From the NCBI GenBank assembly GCA_040390725.1, contig JAZJXT010000001.1, positions 152,586-216,585 of the forward strand: a stretch of 64,000 nucleotides of DNA. Direction: 5' to 3'. The notes below the pieces were generated by a model. The model searched no databases. It was not told the DNA's origin and saw only the letters and a list, made by a program, of their open reading frames with translations. This DNA comes from Patescibacteria group bacterium. Its GTDB lineage: Bacteria; Patescibacteriota; Minisyncoccia; Phycocordibacterales; UBA9973. Every line of letters begins with the position of its first letter. Within the stretch, counting starts at the first letter, position 1. This document shows positions 7,868-17,220 of the stretch, piece by piece. The translations under genes and the position numbers were made by a program.

Positions 7868-9397
7868 TTATCTTTGTGTCACTGAAAATGATTCCAAGAC
7901 ATCTCCGGAAACAATTTCAATTTTTGATTCGACCATAGTTCCAAATTCCGAACCTTCTTCTACCTCGCTTACTTTTGCTTTACTCTTTTCCAAATTCACT
8001 ATCTTGCCTTTACCTATTTCGAAATCTCGGCGCATTATTTTAACAGTTTCACCTAGGGTAATTTTACCCTCAGTAACTTTCCCTCCGACTATTTGTCTTT
8101 CTTTTGTTCTGCTAAAAGCTTTGATGATTTTTGCTTTGCCTTTTGTCTCAGTAGTTTCTACTCGCGGGCGTCTTTTTTCCATTTCTTCCGCGAGCCATTC
8201 TGTCATTTTGTAAATGATGTCAAAGTGGTTTATTGTGATGCCTCTATTCAATGCTAGCTCGGTGGCATTTTTATCTATTTTTACATTGAAGCCTATTACC
8301 AATACATCACCCGGAATAGTGATATTTTTAATATCTGATTCCAATATTGGTCCTGTGCCTTTTTGAATTATTTTAAATTCTGCGCCGTCACTTTTTATTT
8401 TAGCTATTTCTTTTTCCACGGCTTCGAGTGAGCCGGCAACATCTGTTTTAATAACTATCGGAATGATTTTATTGCCTAACTTGGGAGCTGAGCTCCCAAG
8501 TGGGAGCTCAGCTCCCAAGTTCTTGAAATTCTCAACATATTTCTCAGCATCCTGTTTCTTGTCGAAAGTTTTAAACTCTGCACCGATTTTAGGTACTTTG
8601 TCGAAGCCTACGAGCCTGATGGGGGATGAGAAGCTAGCATCGTTTACCATTTTACCTAAAAAGTTTTCTATGATGCGAGTGGAGCACATAGCATCTTCTA
8701 CCACTACAGTCATACCATTTTTAAGCGAGCCATTTTTGATAATAAGGGTGGCTTGGATTCCGCGTTTTGAGTCTAGGTGAGCTTCGATGACGTAGCCTGA
8801 AGCATTTTCATCAAGAGTGCCGGTGAAGTTTTCAAGTTCCGCTAAAATTAAAATAAGTGAAAGCAAATTGTCTACACCTGCCCCAGTCTTTGCAGATATT
8901 TCCGCAAAAGGAGTTTTGCCCCCGTAATTTTCCAAATAAATTTCATTCTCAGCTAGGCTCATTTTTGTTCTTTCGATGTCCGCACCCGGTTTGTCTATTT
9001 TATTTATTGCTACGATGCAAGGGGTATTACTAGCAACTATTGTCTTCCATGCTTCAACTGTCTGTGGCTTGACGCCGTCTTCTGCTGATACTACGAGTAT
9101 CGCGATATCGGCGAGCTTTGCTCCGCGTTCACGCATTTTAGAAAAGGCTTCATGTCCCGGTGTATCCAAAAATGTAATTTTTTTTATGTGCTCGCCTGCC
9201 CCGTTGAAAGTACTCTTTCCTTCGGGGTCTTTATGAATAACTTCATAAGCAGAAATATGCTGAGTGATGCCTCCGGCTTCGCGTTCTACGACATTTGATT
9301 TACGGATGTAATCCAAAAGAGTCGACTTGCCGTGGTCGATATGTCCCATCACTGCCACTACCGGTGGTCTTTCAATTGTATTTTTTTCTTTTTCCAT
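7868..9397 (-). CDS. infB: Translation initiation factor IF-2 (short, lacks N-terminal extension)
   Basis: RPPVVAVMGHIDHGKSTLLD, EAGGITQHI, DTPGHEAF, NKID. Confidence 0.97.
   Translation of the reverse strand: MEKEKNTIERPPVVAVMGHIDHGKSTLLDYIRKSNVVEREAGGITQHISAYEVIHKDPEGKSTFNGAGEHIKKITFLDTPGHEAFSKMRERGAKLADIAILVVSAEDGVKPQTVEAWKTIVASNTPCIVAINKIDKPGADIERTKMSLAENEIYLENYGGKTPFAEISAKTGAGVDNLLSLILILAELENFTGTLDENASGYVIEAHLDSKRGIQATLIIKNGSLKNGMTVVVEDAMCSTRIIENFLGKMVNDASFSSPIRLVGFDKVPKIGAEFKTFDKKQDAEKYVENFKNLGAELPLGSSAPKLGNKIIPIVIKTDVAGSLEAVEKEIAKIKSDGAEFKIIQKGTGPILESDIKNITIPGDVLVIGFNVKIDKNATELALNRGITINHFDIIYKMTEWLAEEMEKRRPRVETTETKGKAKIIKAFSRTKERQIVGGKVTEGKITLGETVKIMRRDFEIGKGKIVNLEKSKAKVSEVEEGSEFGTMVESKIEIVSGDVLESFSVTQR
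8478..8521. repeat. Perfect nested palindrome inside infB
   Basis: AACTTGGGAGCTGAGCTCCCA-AG-TGGGAGCTCAGCTCCCAAGTT, 21-bp arms, read as NLGAELPLGSSAPKL. Confidence 0.9.
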
Positions 9398-9409
9398 TTT
9401 ATTTTCTTT

Positions 9410-9880
9410 TTACTTTATTTTTGCTTTTTCCAGAACCCCTTTTTCTTCTTCAGTGAGTTCGTATTCTGATTTGCCGTTTTTAATCGGCTTGGCGAATACG
9501 CTCATCCTGTCCCTGGAATACAAACTAGAAATTATTACTCCGTCGTTTTCTTCATTTATCATGCCGATAGCAAAGCTTTGGTTACTGCCTTGGTCAGGAA
9601 AAGGGTTGAAGCGTAAAGTTTCGAGTCCGCGAATACTTTTTTTTAATTTAGCATTCATTATTGCATTTTCTTTTTCAAAATTTTCTTTCGCTTGTTTTAG
9701 TTTTGTGATTTCATCTTGCATACTAGCGATAGTATCTTCTAAGTCTTGCGCTTTTTTGCCTAGGAAAAATCTTTTCAATCGGGATTCTGTTTTGACAACC
9801 CAAAAAATACCTATTATTATGGCTATGCTGGTTAAAATAAAAAAAACCAAAACAAACATGTCGGGGAGCTTTATATTCAT
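9410..9880 (-). CDS. DUF4446-like membrane-anchored coiled-coil protein
   Basis: N-terminal TM, coiled coil, 'RFNPF...GSNQSFAI...NEENDGVIISSLYSR...FAKPI..GKS.YELTEEE'. Confidence 0.85.
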   Translation of the reverse strand: MNIKLPDMFVLVFFILTSIAIIIGIFWVVKTESRLKRFFLGKKAQDLEDTIASMQDEITKLKQAKENFEKENAIMNAKLKKSIRGLETLRFNPFPDQGSNQSFAIGMINEENDGVIISSLYSRDRMSVFAKPIKNGKSEYELTEEEKGVLEKAKIK

Positions 9881-9904
9881 ACCATTTCAATATATACTAC
9901 TTTT

Positions 9905-11041
9905 ATGCGAAAATCAACCAAAAAACCAAATAAAATCTATATGGACTACGCGTCTTCTTTTTCACCGAACCCGAGCTCTATACATGGTTTGGGTGTTGAG
10001 GCTAAAAAGAAACTAGAAAATGCTCGCAAGGAAACGGCGGAGCTTTTATATGCGCGTCCGGATGAAATTATTTTTACTAGCGGAGGAACGGAAAGTAATA
10101 ATCTTGCCATTTTAGGAGTTTTTAAAAATTTAAAAAATCCGCATATCATTACTACAAACATAGAACATGCTTCAGTACTAGAAGTTTTTAAACATTTGGA
10201 AAAAACAAAACAAGCGGAAGTTACTATTGTTCCAGTTGAAACAAATGGCATAGTTGATCCGAAAAAAATCAAAAAAGCGATTAAGGAAAATACTGTTTTA
10301 ATTTCTGTAATGTATGCGAATAATGAAATAGGAACTATTCAACCGATTCGTGAAATTGTGAAAGAGGTGAGGCATTATAGAAAAAATGCAAAAAGTACTT
10401 TTCCTTTTGTACATACCGATGCAGTGCAGGCGGGTAATTATTTGGATTTGAATGTTGAAAGGCTAGGTGTAGATATGATGTCTTTGAGTGGTTCAAAAAT
10501 TCAAAATGCTGGCAGAGTTGGGGTGTTGTATACAAAAAGAAAAACACCAATTAGTTCGATAATGTTTGGTGGTGATCAAGAAGGGGGACTTCGACCAGGT
10601 ACAGAAAATTTGCCGGCAATTTTGGATTTCGTAAAAGCATTTAAAGAAGTTAGAAAAATAAAAGATAAAGAAATAAAAAGATTAACAAAGTTGAGAGATT
10701 ATTTTATTCAGAAATTATTACATTCTAACATTATCAATAATGTCATAATGTTAAATGGCGACGCGAAAGAAAGATTGCCAAATAATATAAATATAACAAT
10801 ATCAAAAATACCTAGCGACCTTTTGGTGCTCGAGCTTTCCGCGCGAGGTATATATGTTTCTGAAAAAAGCGCTTGCAAGTCAGGGGATACAGAATCTTCT
10901 CACGTCATCCGTGCAATTTGCAAAAAAGATTCTCAATCCTTGCGCTTTTCTATGGGCAGATCAACAGCCAAAGCCGACATTGATTACACATTAAAATCCC
11001 TTTCCCAAATTTTGCAAAAATTAAAAAAGTGGTATACTTAA
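9905..11041 (+). CDS. iscS: Cysteine desulfurase (IscS/NifS family)
   Basis: NPSSIH, IIFTSGGTESNNLA, EHASV, ANNEIG, HTDAVQA, RPGTEN, SAC catalytic Cys. Confidence 0.9.
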   Translation: MRKSTKKPNKIYMDYASSFSPNPSSIHGLGVEAKKKLENARKETAELLYARPDEIIFTSGGTESNNLAILGVFKNLKNPHIITTNIEHASVLEVFKHLEKTKQAEVTIVPVETNGIVDPKKIKKAIKENTVLISVMYANNEIGTIQPIREIVKEVRHYRKNAKSTFPFVHTDAVQAGNYLDLNVERLGVDMMSLSGSKIQNAGRVGVLYTKRKTPISSIMFGGDQEGGLRPGTENLPAILDFVKAFKEVRKIKDKEIKRLTKLRDYFIQKLLHSNIINNVIMLNGDAKERLPNNINITISKIPSDLLVLELSARGIYVSEKSACKSGDTESSHVIRAICKKDSQSLRFSMGRSTAKADIDYTLKSLSQILQKLKKWYT

Positions 11042-11052
11042 GTGTAAATAAT

Positions 11053-11916
11053 ATGAAAGAAGCAGATTTTAACCAATTAAATAAAGATTTTACTGAAGCT
11101 CAGGAAAAAGCAAACAAAGCTATCAAGCCAAATGCTAAAGATTTAAAAGTTCTCGACGACGCAAGGGGTTCTTTTATTAAGGCTGCACGCTTGGATTATA
11201 TTAAGACTCGTGAGTTGCAACTCTCAGAAGCGCAAAATTTAAGTCTTCCTAATGCCGTTGATAAAAAAAAATATAATACTCAGCAATCCCAAAAAGAAAT
11301 AGATCCGGAAAAATTAGAAAAAGAAGTGTGTGATATAGCACGGGAATTGCTTCATAGATTACCTGAATGTACAGAGGCAGAGGTAAATAATGCAAAAATT
11401 TCCATAATTACAAAATTGCCACCTTCTGAATTAAAAGATTATAAAAATACAAGCGAGGTTAATCAAGGGTTTGGAAAATGCTCATATAATTCAAAAACAT
11501 TTGCTGTTGATTATATGGAAAAACAGGAAAAACCAAAAGTACAGCTTCTCGGCGGGCAATATATTATGGAGAATTTTTCTTTTTCGGATGTTCACAATCC
11601 CAGGTATGAAGCCATTCATATTTTATCAGGGAAATATGAAGACAACGAAAATAATGCAGACAATCGTCGTTTCCCAGATGTCAGGGACATTATGTACTTT
11701 CTTAATCTGGAAAAAGATAAAATTCCAGAAGAAATGAAAGTAAAAGGAAAAAAGTACTATTTTCCAGGGTCATTTTTTTATAATAAATATAATACCGCTC
11801 ATCTTTTTTGTTTAATATGGAATGGCGAGGATTTTGAGTTAAGATCAGAAGCACTAAAGGGGGATCTTATGAATGATGATGTTATTGTTCTTATTGCTTC
11901 ATCTAAAAATAAATAA
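11053..11916 (+). CDS. Hypothetical protein
   Basis: Long AT-rich ORF after TGGTATACT; no recognised motif. Confidence 0.6.
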   Translation: MKEADFNQLNKDFTEAQEKANKAIKPNAKDLKVLDDARGSFIKAARLDYIKTRELQLSEAQNLSLPNAVDKKKYNTQQSQKEIDPEKLEKEVCDIARELLHRLPECTEAEVNNAKISIITKLPPSELKDYKNTSEVNQGFGKCSYNSKTFAVDYMEKQEKPKVQLLGGQYIMENFSFSDVHNPRYEAIHILSGKYEDNENNADNRRFPDVRDIMYFLNLEKDKIPEEMKVKGKKYYFPGSFFYNKYNTAHLFCLIWNGEDFELRSEALKGDLMNDDVIVLIASSKNK

Positions 11917-11952
11917 TTTTACAAAAAAATAATAGGGGAGTATAATTGAATT

Positions 11953-12534
11953 ATGGATATAAAAGAATTAAATAGGACACAAATGATCATGTTGGCTTTA
12001 CTTTTGAGCTTTGTCACTTCTATTGCCACGGGGATAACTACAGTGACTTTGATGCAACAAGCACCGAGTTCTGTAACTGTACCTATTAATCGTATTGTCA
12101 GGGAGACAGTTGAAAAAGTAGTACCGGCGGATACCTTGAATAAGATTCCAGCATTATCAACAGATCAACAGCAATTGCTCGAAGACTTGAAAGCTATCAA
12201 GCCTCTCACTGTTTCTTTATTTTTAAAAGGCATGAAAGATGATGGTAGTGATGACAAAATTTTGGGCACCGGATTGTTTTTAGGTAATGACAAAGTCGTG
12301 ATAGCTTCAGTAATATCTGCACCAAAAGAAGGCGAGGTGTACGTAGTAAAAAGTGTTTTAGGCGAACAAAAGATTTTAAAAGTTACAGCTGAGAAAGATT
12401 TTACAATTGTTGAACTTGTAAATAATGACACTACTGTTACTCCTGATGCTGGTAAAAAAACTGATACCACCACAGCGCCTGCCGGCACGACTACCACACC
12501 GGATACAACTCAAAATACAGCACCTGCTCAGTAG
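11953..12534 (+). CDS. Membrane-anchored protein with degenerate trypsin/HtrA-like segment
   Basis: N-terminal TM 'LLLSFVTSIATGITTVTL', 'GTGLFLG..KVVIAS' resembling the trypsin GSGF strand without the catalytic His. Confidence 0.5.
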   Translation: MDIKELNRTQMIMLALLLSFVTSIATGITTVTLMQQAPSSVTVPINRIVRETVEKVVPADTLNKIPALSTDQQQLLEDLKAIKPLTVSLFLKGMKDDGSDDKILGTGLFLGNDKVVIASVISAPKEGEVYVVKSVLGEQKILKVTAEKDFTIVELVNNDTTVTPDAGKKTDTTTAPAGTTTTPDTTQNTAPAQ

Positions 12535-12578
12535 ATTTAGGTATTTGACTTTTTATTATTATATGTTATATTATAAAT

Positions 12579-15251
12579 ATGCCTCCATTAAATAAATTTA
12601 CAACAAAAGCCAAAGACGCAATAAAAAAGGCTCACGAGCTGGCCATTGAGCGCGGGCAAAATCACGTGTCTTCTTTGCACCTACTCGCTTCGCTTTTACT
12701 CCAAGAAGAAAGTATGGTGAATTCTATTTTAGATAAATTGGAAATAGATGTAATGCTTTTGACTGACAATGTTTTGGATTCTATTGAATTACCGGAATCT
12801 CGCAGTACTCTTTCACCGGCTTATCAGATTTATTTGAATCCTGACTTGGCGCAAGTCATAGAGCTTTCAGCAAAATTAGCAGAATCATTAAAGGATGATT
12901 TTGTTTCGACCGAACATCTTTTTATCGCGATATTAGACGTGCCGAGTGAAGCACGAGAGACCTTGGCGCGTTTTAGAATACACAAAGATCCTGTGATGAA
13001 AGTTTTAGAAGAACTTCGCAGTCAAAATATCACTGATGTTTCAGAAACTAAAAAGTTTCGATTCTTACCGAAATATACTCGCAATTTGAGCAAGCTCGCA
13101 AAGGAAGACAAGCTCGACCCTGTCATCGGACGCGACAATGAAATAATGCGCATAATGCAAATCCTTTCTCGAAGGACAAAAAATAATCCTATCTTGATAG
13201 GTGAGGCCGGCACCGGTAAAACTGCCGTAGTAGAAGGCCTCGCGCAAAGGATTGCTAAAAATGATGTCTCTGAATCTTTGAAAGATAAAGAATTAGTTTC
13301 GCTTGATTTAGGTTCTTTGATTGCCGGTACAAAATATCGTGGAGAGTTTGAAGAACGCTTGAAGGGAATCATGAAAGAAGTAGAACGCGCTGATGGAAAA
13401 ATAATTTTATTTATCGACGAGATACACACTATAGTTGGCGCAGGAGGTGCAGAAGGCACCATGGATGCTTCAAATATGTTGAAGCCTGCTTTAGCTCGCG
13501 GAGAATTGCGCGCAATAGGGGCTACTACTTTGCGCGAATACCAAAAACATATTGAAAAAGACCCCGCCCTCGCAAGACGTTTTCAGCCTGTATATATTGA
13601 TGAGCCTAGTATTGAGGATGCGATTGCAATTTTGCGCGGATTAAAAGAAAAATACGAACTTTTTCACGGTGTGCGTATCACTGATGATGCGATTCTTTCT
13701 GCGGTGAATCTTTCTTCACGATATATTACAAACAGATTTTTACCAGACAAAGCAGTGGATTTGATCGATGAAGCATCTTCTTCTTTGAAAATTGCATTGG
13801 AAAATAAACCACCTGTCCTAGAAGAAGCGCACAGAAAAATAATGCGTTTGGAAATTGAAAAAGAAGCATTAAAAAAAGAAACTGAAAATAAAGATGCCAA
13901 GAATCGCGTAAAAGATATCGATAAAGAAATAGGCAACCTTCATGAAAAAACAAAAGAGCTCGAATTAAAATGGCAAAATGAAAAAACAATCGTCATAGAA
14001 ATTCGTGCTATTAAAAAAGAATTAGAATCACTTCGTCTAGAAGCCGAGAATGCCGAAATGCGCGCCGATCTTTCTCGCGCCGCAGAGATTCGTTATGGTA
14101 AAATTCCTGAATTAAAAAAGGAACTTGAAATAAAACTTCTTCGTTTAAAGAAATTACAAAAATCTCGCAGGATTTTAAAAGAAGAAATTACTGCGGAAGA
14201 TATTGCCGAAGTTGTAGCTCGTTGGACAGGTATTCCTCTTGTAAAAATGCTCGAAGAAGAACGTGCAAAACTCGAGAGGATGGAAGGCGAACTCGCAAAA
14301 CGAATAGTCGGTCAAGAAGAAGCCGTAAAAAGAGTTGCGGATGTTATTCGTCGTTCGCGCGCGGGTATTTCTGATCCAAACAGACCTATCGGTTCATTTA
14401 TTTTTCTTGGTCCTACCGGTGTGGGTAAAACAGAGCTCACAAAGGCTTTGAGTCAGTTTATGTTCAATGATGACAGAGCACTTATCCGTGTGGATATGTC
14501 TGAATATATGGAAAGACATTCTACTTCGAAACTTATCGGTTCGCCTCCGGGTTATGTGGGACACGATGAAGCTGGACAGCTCACTGAGGCAGTGCGTCAC
14601 CGTCCATATTCAGTGATACTTTTTGACGAGATTGAAAAAGCGCATCCGGAAGTTTTCAATATGCTTTTACAAGTTCTCGATGACGGCAGACTGACTGATG
14701 GAAAAGGCCGAGTAGTTAATTTTAAAAATACAATAATAATTTTGACTTCAAATATCGGTTCGCAATTTGTGGAGAAAATGGAATCCATCGGTTTTTCCAA
14801 TCACTCTGATGTTGAAAATTACGGCGCGATGAAAGAAAAAGTGACCGAAGCGTTAAAGGATCATTTTCGTCCTGAATTTTTGAATCGGTTGGATGAAGTT
14901 ATTATTTTTGATATTTTGCCGGAGAAAGCTATCAAGGAAATTGTAGGCTTGCGTGTGAAAGTCGTTGAAGACCGCCTGGCTACCAAAGGCATTAATTTCC
15001 AAATTTCAAATGATGCTTTGGCCTACCTCGCAAAAGAAGGCTACAATCCGCATTACGGCGCGCGACCATTAAATAGACTTATTCAAAATAAAATTCTTAA
15101 TCCTGTAGCTTCACACATTATTTCCAACGGCGTAAAGAAAGGGGATACAGTCTTTGTGTCAGTAAAAAATAACGAGCTTGTTATTGAAACTAAGAAAAAT
15201 AAAATCAAAAGCTCGATGAAAGTAAAAACCGCCTCGCCATATGCGGTATAA
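12579..15251 (+). CDS. clpB: ATP-dependent chaperone ClpB
   Basis: Clp-N domain, two AAA+ modules ([16 protein letters not shown]), long middle coiled coil 'AAEIRYG', GARPL. Confidence 0.95.
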   Translation: MPPLNKFTTKAKDAIKKAHELAIERGQNHVSSLHLLASLLLQEESMVNSILDKLEIDVMLLTDNVLDSIELPESRSTLSPAYQIYLNPDLAQVIELSAKLAESLKDDFVSTEHLFIAILDVPSEARETLARFRIHKDPVMKVLEELRSQNITDVSETKKFRFLPKYTRNLSKLAKEDKLDPVIGRDNEIMRIMQILSRRTKNNPILIGEAGTGKTAVVEGLAQRIAKNDVSESLKDKELVSLDLGSLIAGTKYRGEFEERLKGIMKEVERADGKIILFIDEIHTIVGAGGAEGTMDASNMLKPALARGELRAIGATTLREYQKHIEKDPALARRFQPVYIDEPSIEDAIAILRGLKEKYELFHGVRITDDAILSAVNLSSRYITNRFLPDKAVDLIDEASSSLKIALENKPPVLEEAHRKIMRLEIEKEALKKETENKDAKNRVKDIDKEIGNLHEKTKELELKWQNEKTIVIEIRAIKKELESLRLEAENAEMRADLSRAAEIRYGKIPELKKELEIKLLRLKKLQKSRRILKEEITAEDIAEVVARWTGIPLVKMLEEERAKLERMEGELAKRIVGQEEAVKRVADVIRRSRAGISDPNRPIGSFIFLGPTGVGKTELTKALSQFMFNDDRALIRVDMSEYMERHSTSKLIGSPPGYVGHDEAGQLTEAVRHRPYSVILFDEIEKAHPEVFNMLLQVLDDGRLTDGKGRVVNFKNTIIILTSNIGSQFVEKMESIGFSNHSDVENYGAMKEKVTEALKDHFRPEFLNRLDEVIIFDILPEKAIKEIVGLRVKVVEDRLATKGINFQISNDALAYLAKEGYNPHYGARPLNRLIQNKILNPVASHIISNGVKKGDTVFVSVKNNELVIETKKNKIKSSMKVKTASPYAV

Positions 15252-15259
15252 TTAAAATT

Positions 15260-17011
15260 ATGGGTAAATTTGATAAAGGTCCAATTGAAAATATTAATGA
15301 AGCGCATGATTATGCTAATGCTGAAAAGGCATTTAAGGAATTACCTGCATTTATAACTCTTGATAAGAGTGATCCAAAAATAGCAGAAGCTATTAATTTT
15401 CTTGCGGAAGAAGTGGCAGAACAATCGAGGTTGGCTTATATAAATAGGCATCAATTTGATCTTGGCAGTCGAGAAGCTATTAAAAAATCCAGAGAAATAA
15501 AGGTCGAGGCATCAGGTAGAGGAATTAAAACTAGCGCAAACCCTGGTAAGTATTTTAAAGCCATTTATGAAAGAGTAGCTAATGCAATTGATCAGATGAT
15601 TACTGACAATGCAAGATGGGTTTCAGTTCAAGAAAAAAAAGTTCTCGATATATTGCCTGAAGAAGATCCAAGAGAAATACATGATTTTTTTGGGCATGGA
15701 TTAAAGATGTTTTTTCTTCAGCAATTTAGATTAGAAAGTTTGCAGAGTAAAGAACATAGTAAGGAAAAGGTTTCTATTTCTCTTCAGGATCCTCAATATA
15801 TAAAGGATCAAATTTTTGCTTACAGCTTTGATTTTATTCAGTCGTTAAAAGAGTCAGCAAGAGAAGAAGTTACACCTAGGCAAGCCTTGCGACTTGCTGA
15901 GTTAACTTATCAATATAATCCCGGCGTACTGCAAGAATTTATGAAAAAGTATCCGCAAATTGAAAAAGGCGTTATTTTAGTGGTTTTGACCGCTTATCGT
16001 AATCCGGAAGAATTTCTTAATTCTTACATTACTAGAGTTGAAGAATTGACGAAAAAGTATAAAGGTAAGGTTGGTAAAGGTGTAATCAGTCAAGCAGCTT
16101 TAGGTTATGCTCCGACTAAAAAGAACCCTAATAATTCTGAAAAATTTATTGAGACATATATGTTAGAGGTAATTAGGTTGCGGGGTTTATATCCTGGTGT
16201 CAGTAATACTGTCCTGCATGATGCTGCTAGTAATCATCCTAATAGTAAGGAAAATCCTAGGAATTCCGAGAATTCTCTTGATTCATATTTATTAGCATTA
16301 AAAACTTTGTCAGCAAATTATCCAAAAGTAGATACACATGTTATTCAACAATTTATTTTAAAATATCGAGCTAATGCAAAAGATGTTATTGATAGATATA
16401 TAAACAAATTGCCGGAATTAATGAAAAAATATAAAGAACTTGGTGTTAATAATTATGCAATAAGATTTATTTGTATGTCTACTCCTTCAACTAAATATCA
16501 TCCAGATAGACCAGAGAAAAATCTCGATTCTTATATTGAAAAGTTAGATGATCTGAGGAAAAGGTATGGAAAAAATGAAAATAAAAAAGATGAAGGTGTC
16601 GATGATATTGTTTTAAAATATGCTATTTTTGCGAATTTGAGCAATTCTGAAGGTTATATTAAAAATTATATTCAGTTTTTGGGTGAATTAAAAAAGAATT
16701 ATGATGGTGTTGTTGATAAACGAGCACTTAATCATGCAAGTCGTAGATATTGTCTCAAGGAAGATGGGCTTGAAAAAGCTAAAAATTTTCTTAATAAATA
16801 TATTACTGAAGTTGAAAGATTGTTGAAAAAATATTTAGGATTTGAAAAAGATACTACTCTATACGCCGCGCTTAAACATCCAGATGACCCTGATACTTAC
16901 ATTGAAGAATGCCAAAAAGGTCTTCATCCAAAAGAAGAACAAGAAGCCGATTTAAATAACCCAGATGTTATTGGTGATTTATCTGAGATTGATATTGAAA
17001 ATATTGAATAG
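15260..17011 (+). CDS. Hypothetical helical repeat protein
   Basis: About 38-45 aa repeats 'E..L..Y...V..L.KKY...V...V...AA..P' in the C-terminal two thirds. Confidence 0.65.
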   Translation: MGKFDKGPIENINEAHDYANAEKAFKELPAFITLDKSDPKIAEAINFLAEEVAEQSRLAYINRHQFDLGSREAIKKSREIKVEASGRGIKTSANPGKYFKAIYERVANAIDQMITDNARWVSVQEKKVLDILPEEDPREIHDFFGHGLKMFFLQQFRLESLQSKEHSKEKVSISLQDPQYIKDQIFAYSFDFIQSLKESAREEVTPRQALRLAELTYQYNPGVLQEFMKKYPQIEKGVILVVLTAYRNPEEFLNSYITRVEELTKKYKGKVGKGVISQAALGYAPTKKNPNNSEKFIETYMLEVIRLRGLYPGVSNTVLHDAASNHPNSKENPRNSENSLDSYLLALKTLSANYPKVDTHVIQQFILKYRANAKDVIDRYINKLPELMKKYKELGVNNYAIRFICMSTPSTKYHPDRPEKNLDSYIEKLDDLRKRYGKNENKKDEGVDDIVLKYAIFANLSNSEGYIKNYIQFLGELKKNYDGVVDKRALNHASRRYCLKEDGLEKAKNFLNKYITEVERLLKKYLGFEKDTTLYAALKHPDDPDTYIEECQKGLHPKEEQEADLNNPDVIGDLSEIDIENIE

Positions 17012-17065
17012 GAAATCTTATAAAAAGATGCAAAAAATTTAATTTTGTGGTATTTTGTATTGCAT

Positions 17066-17148
17066 GCGTCGGTGGTGGAGTGGTCTATCACAACAGACTG
17101 TAAATCTGTCGCCTTCGGGCTTCGTAGGTTCGAATCCTACCCGGCGCA
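17066..17148 (+). tRNA. tRNA-Tyr(GTA)
   Basis: Anticodon arm ACAGA-CT-GTA-AA-TCTGT, long variable arm GCCTTCGGGC. Confidence 0.95.
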
Positions 17149-17220
17149 CAAGAATTATACACTCAATATCCACTTTTATTTTGTATATCTATTGTGTATC
17201 TGTGCAATTTATACTAAAAT

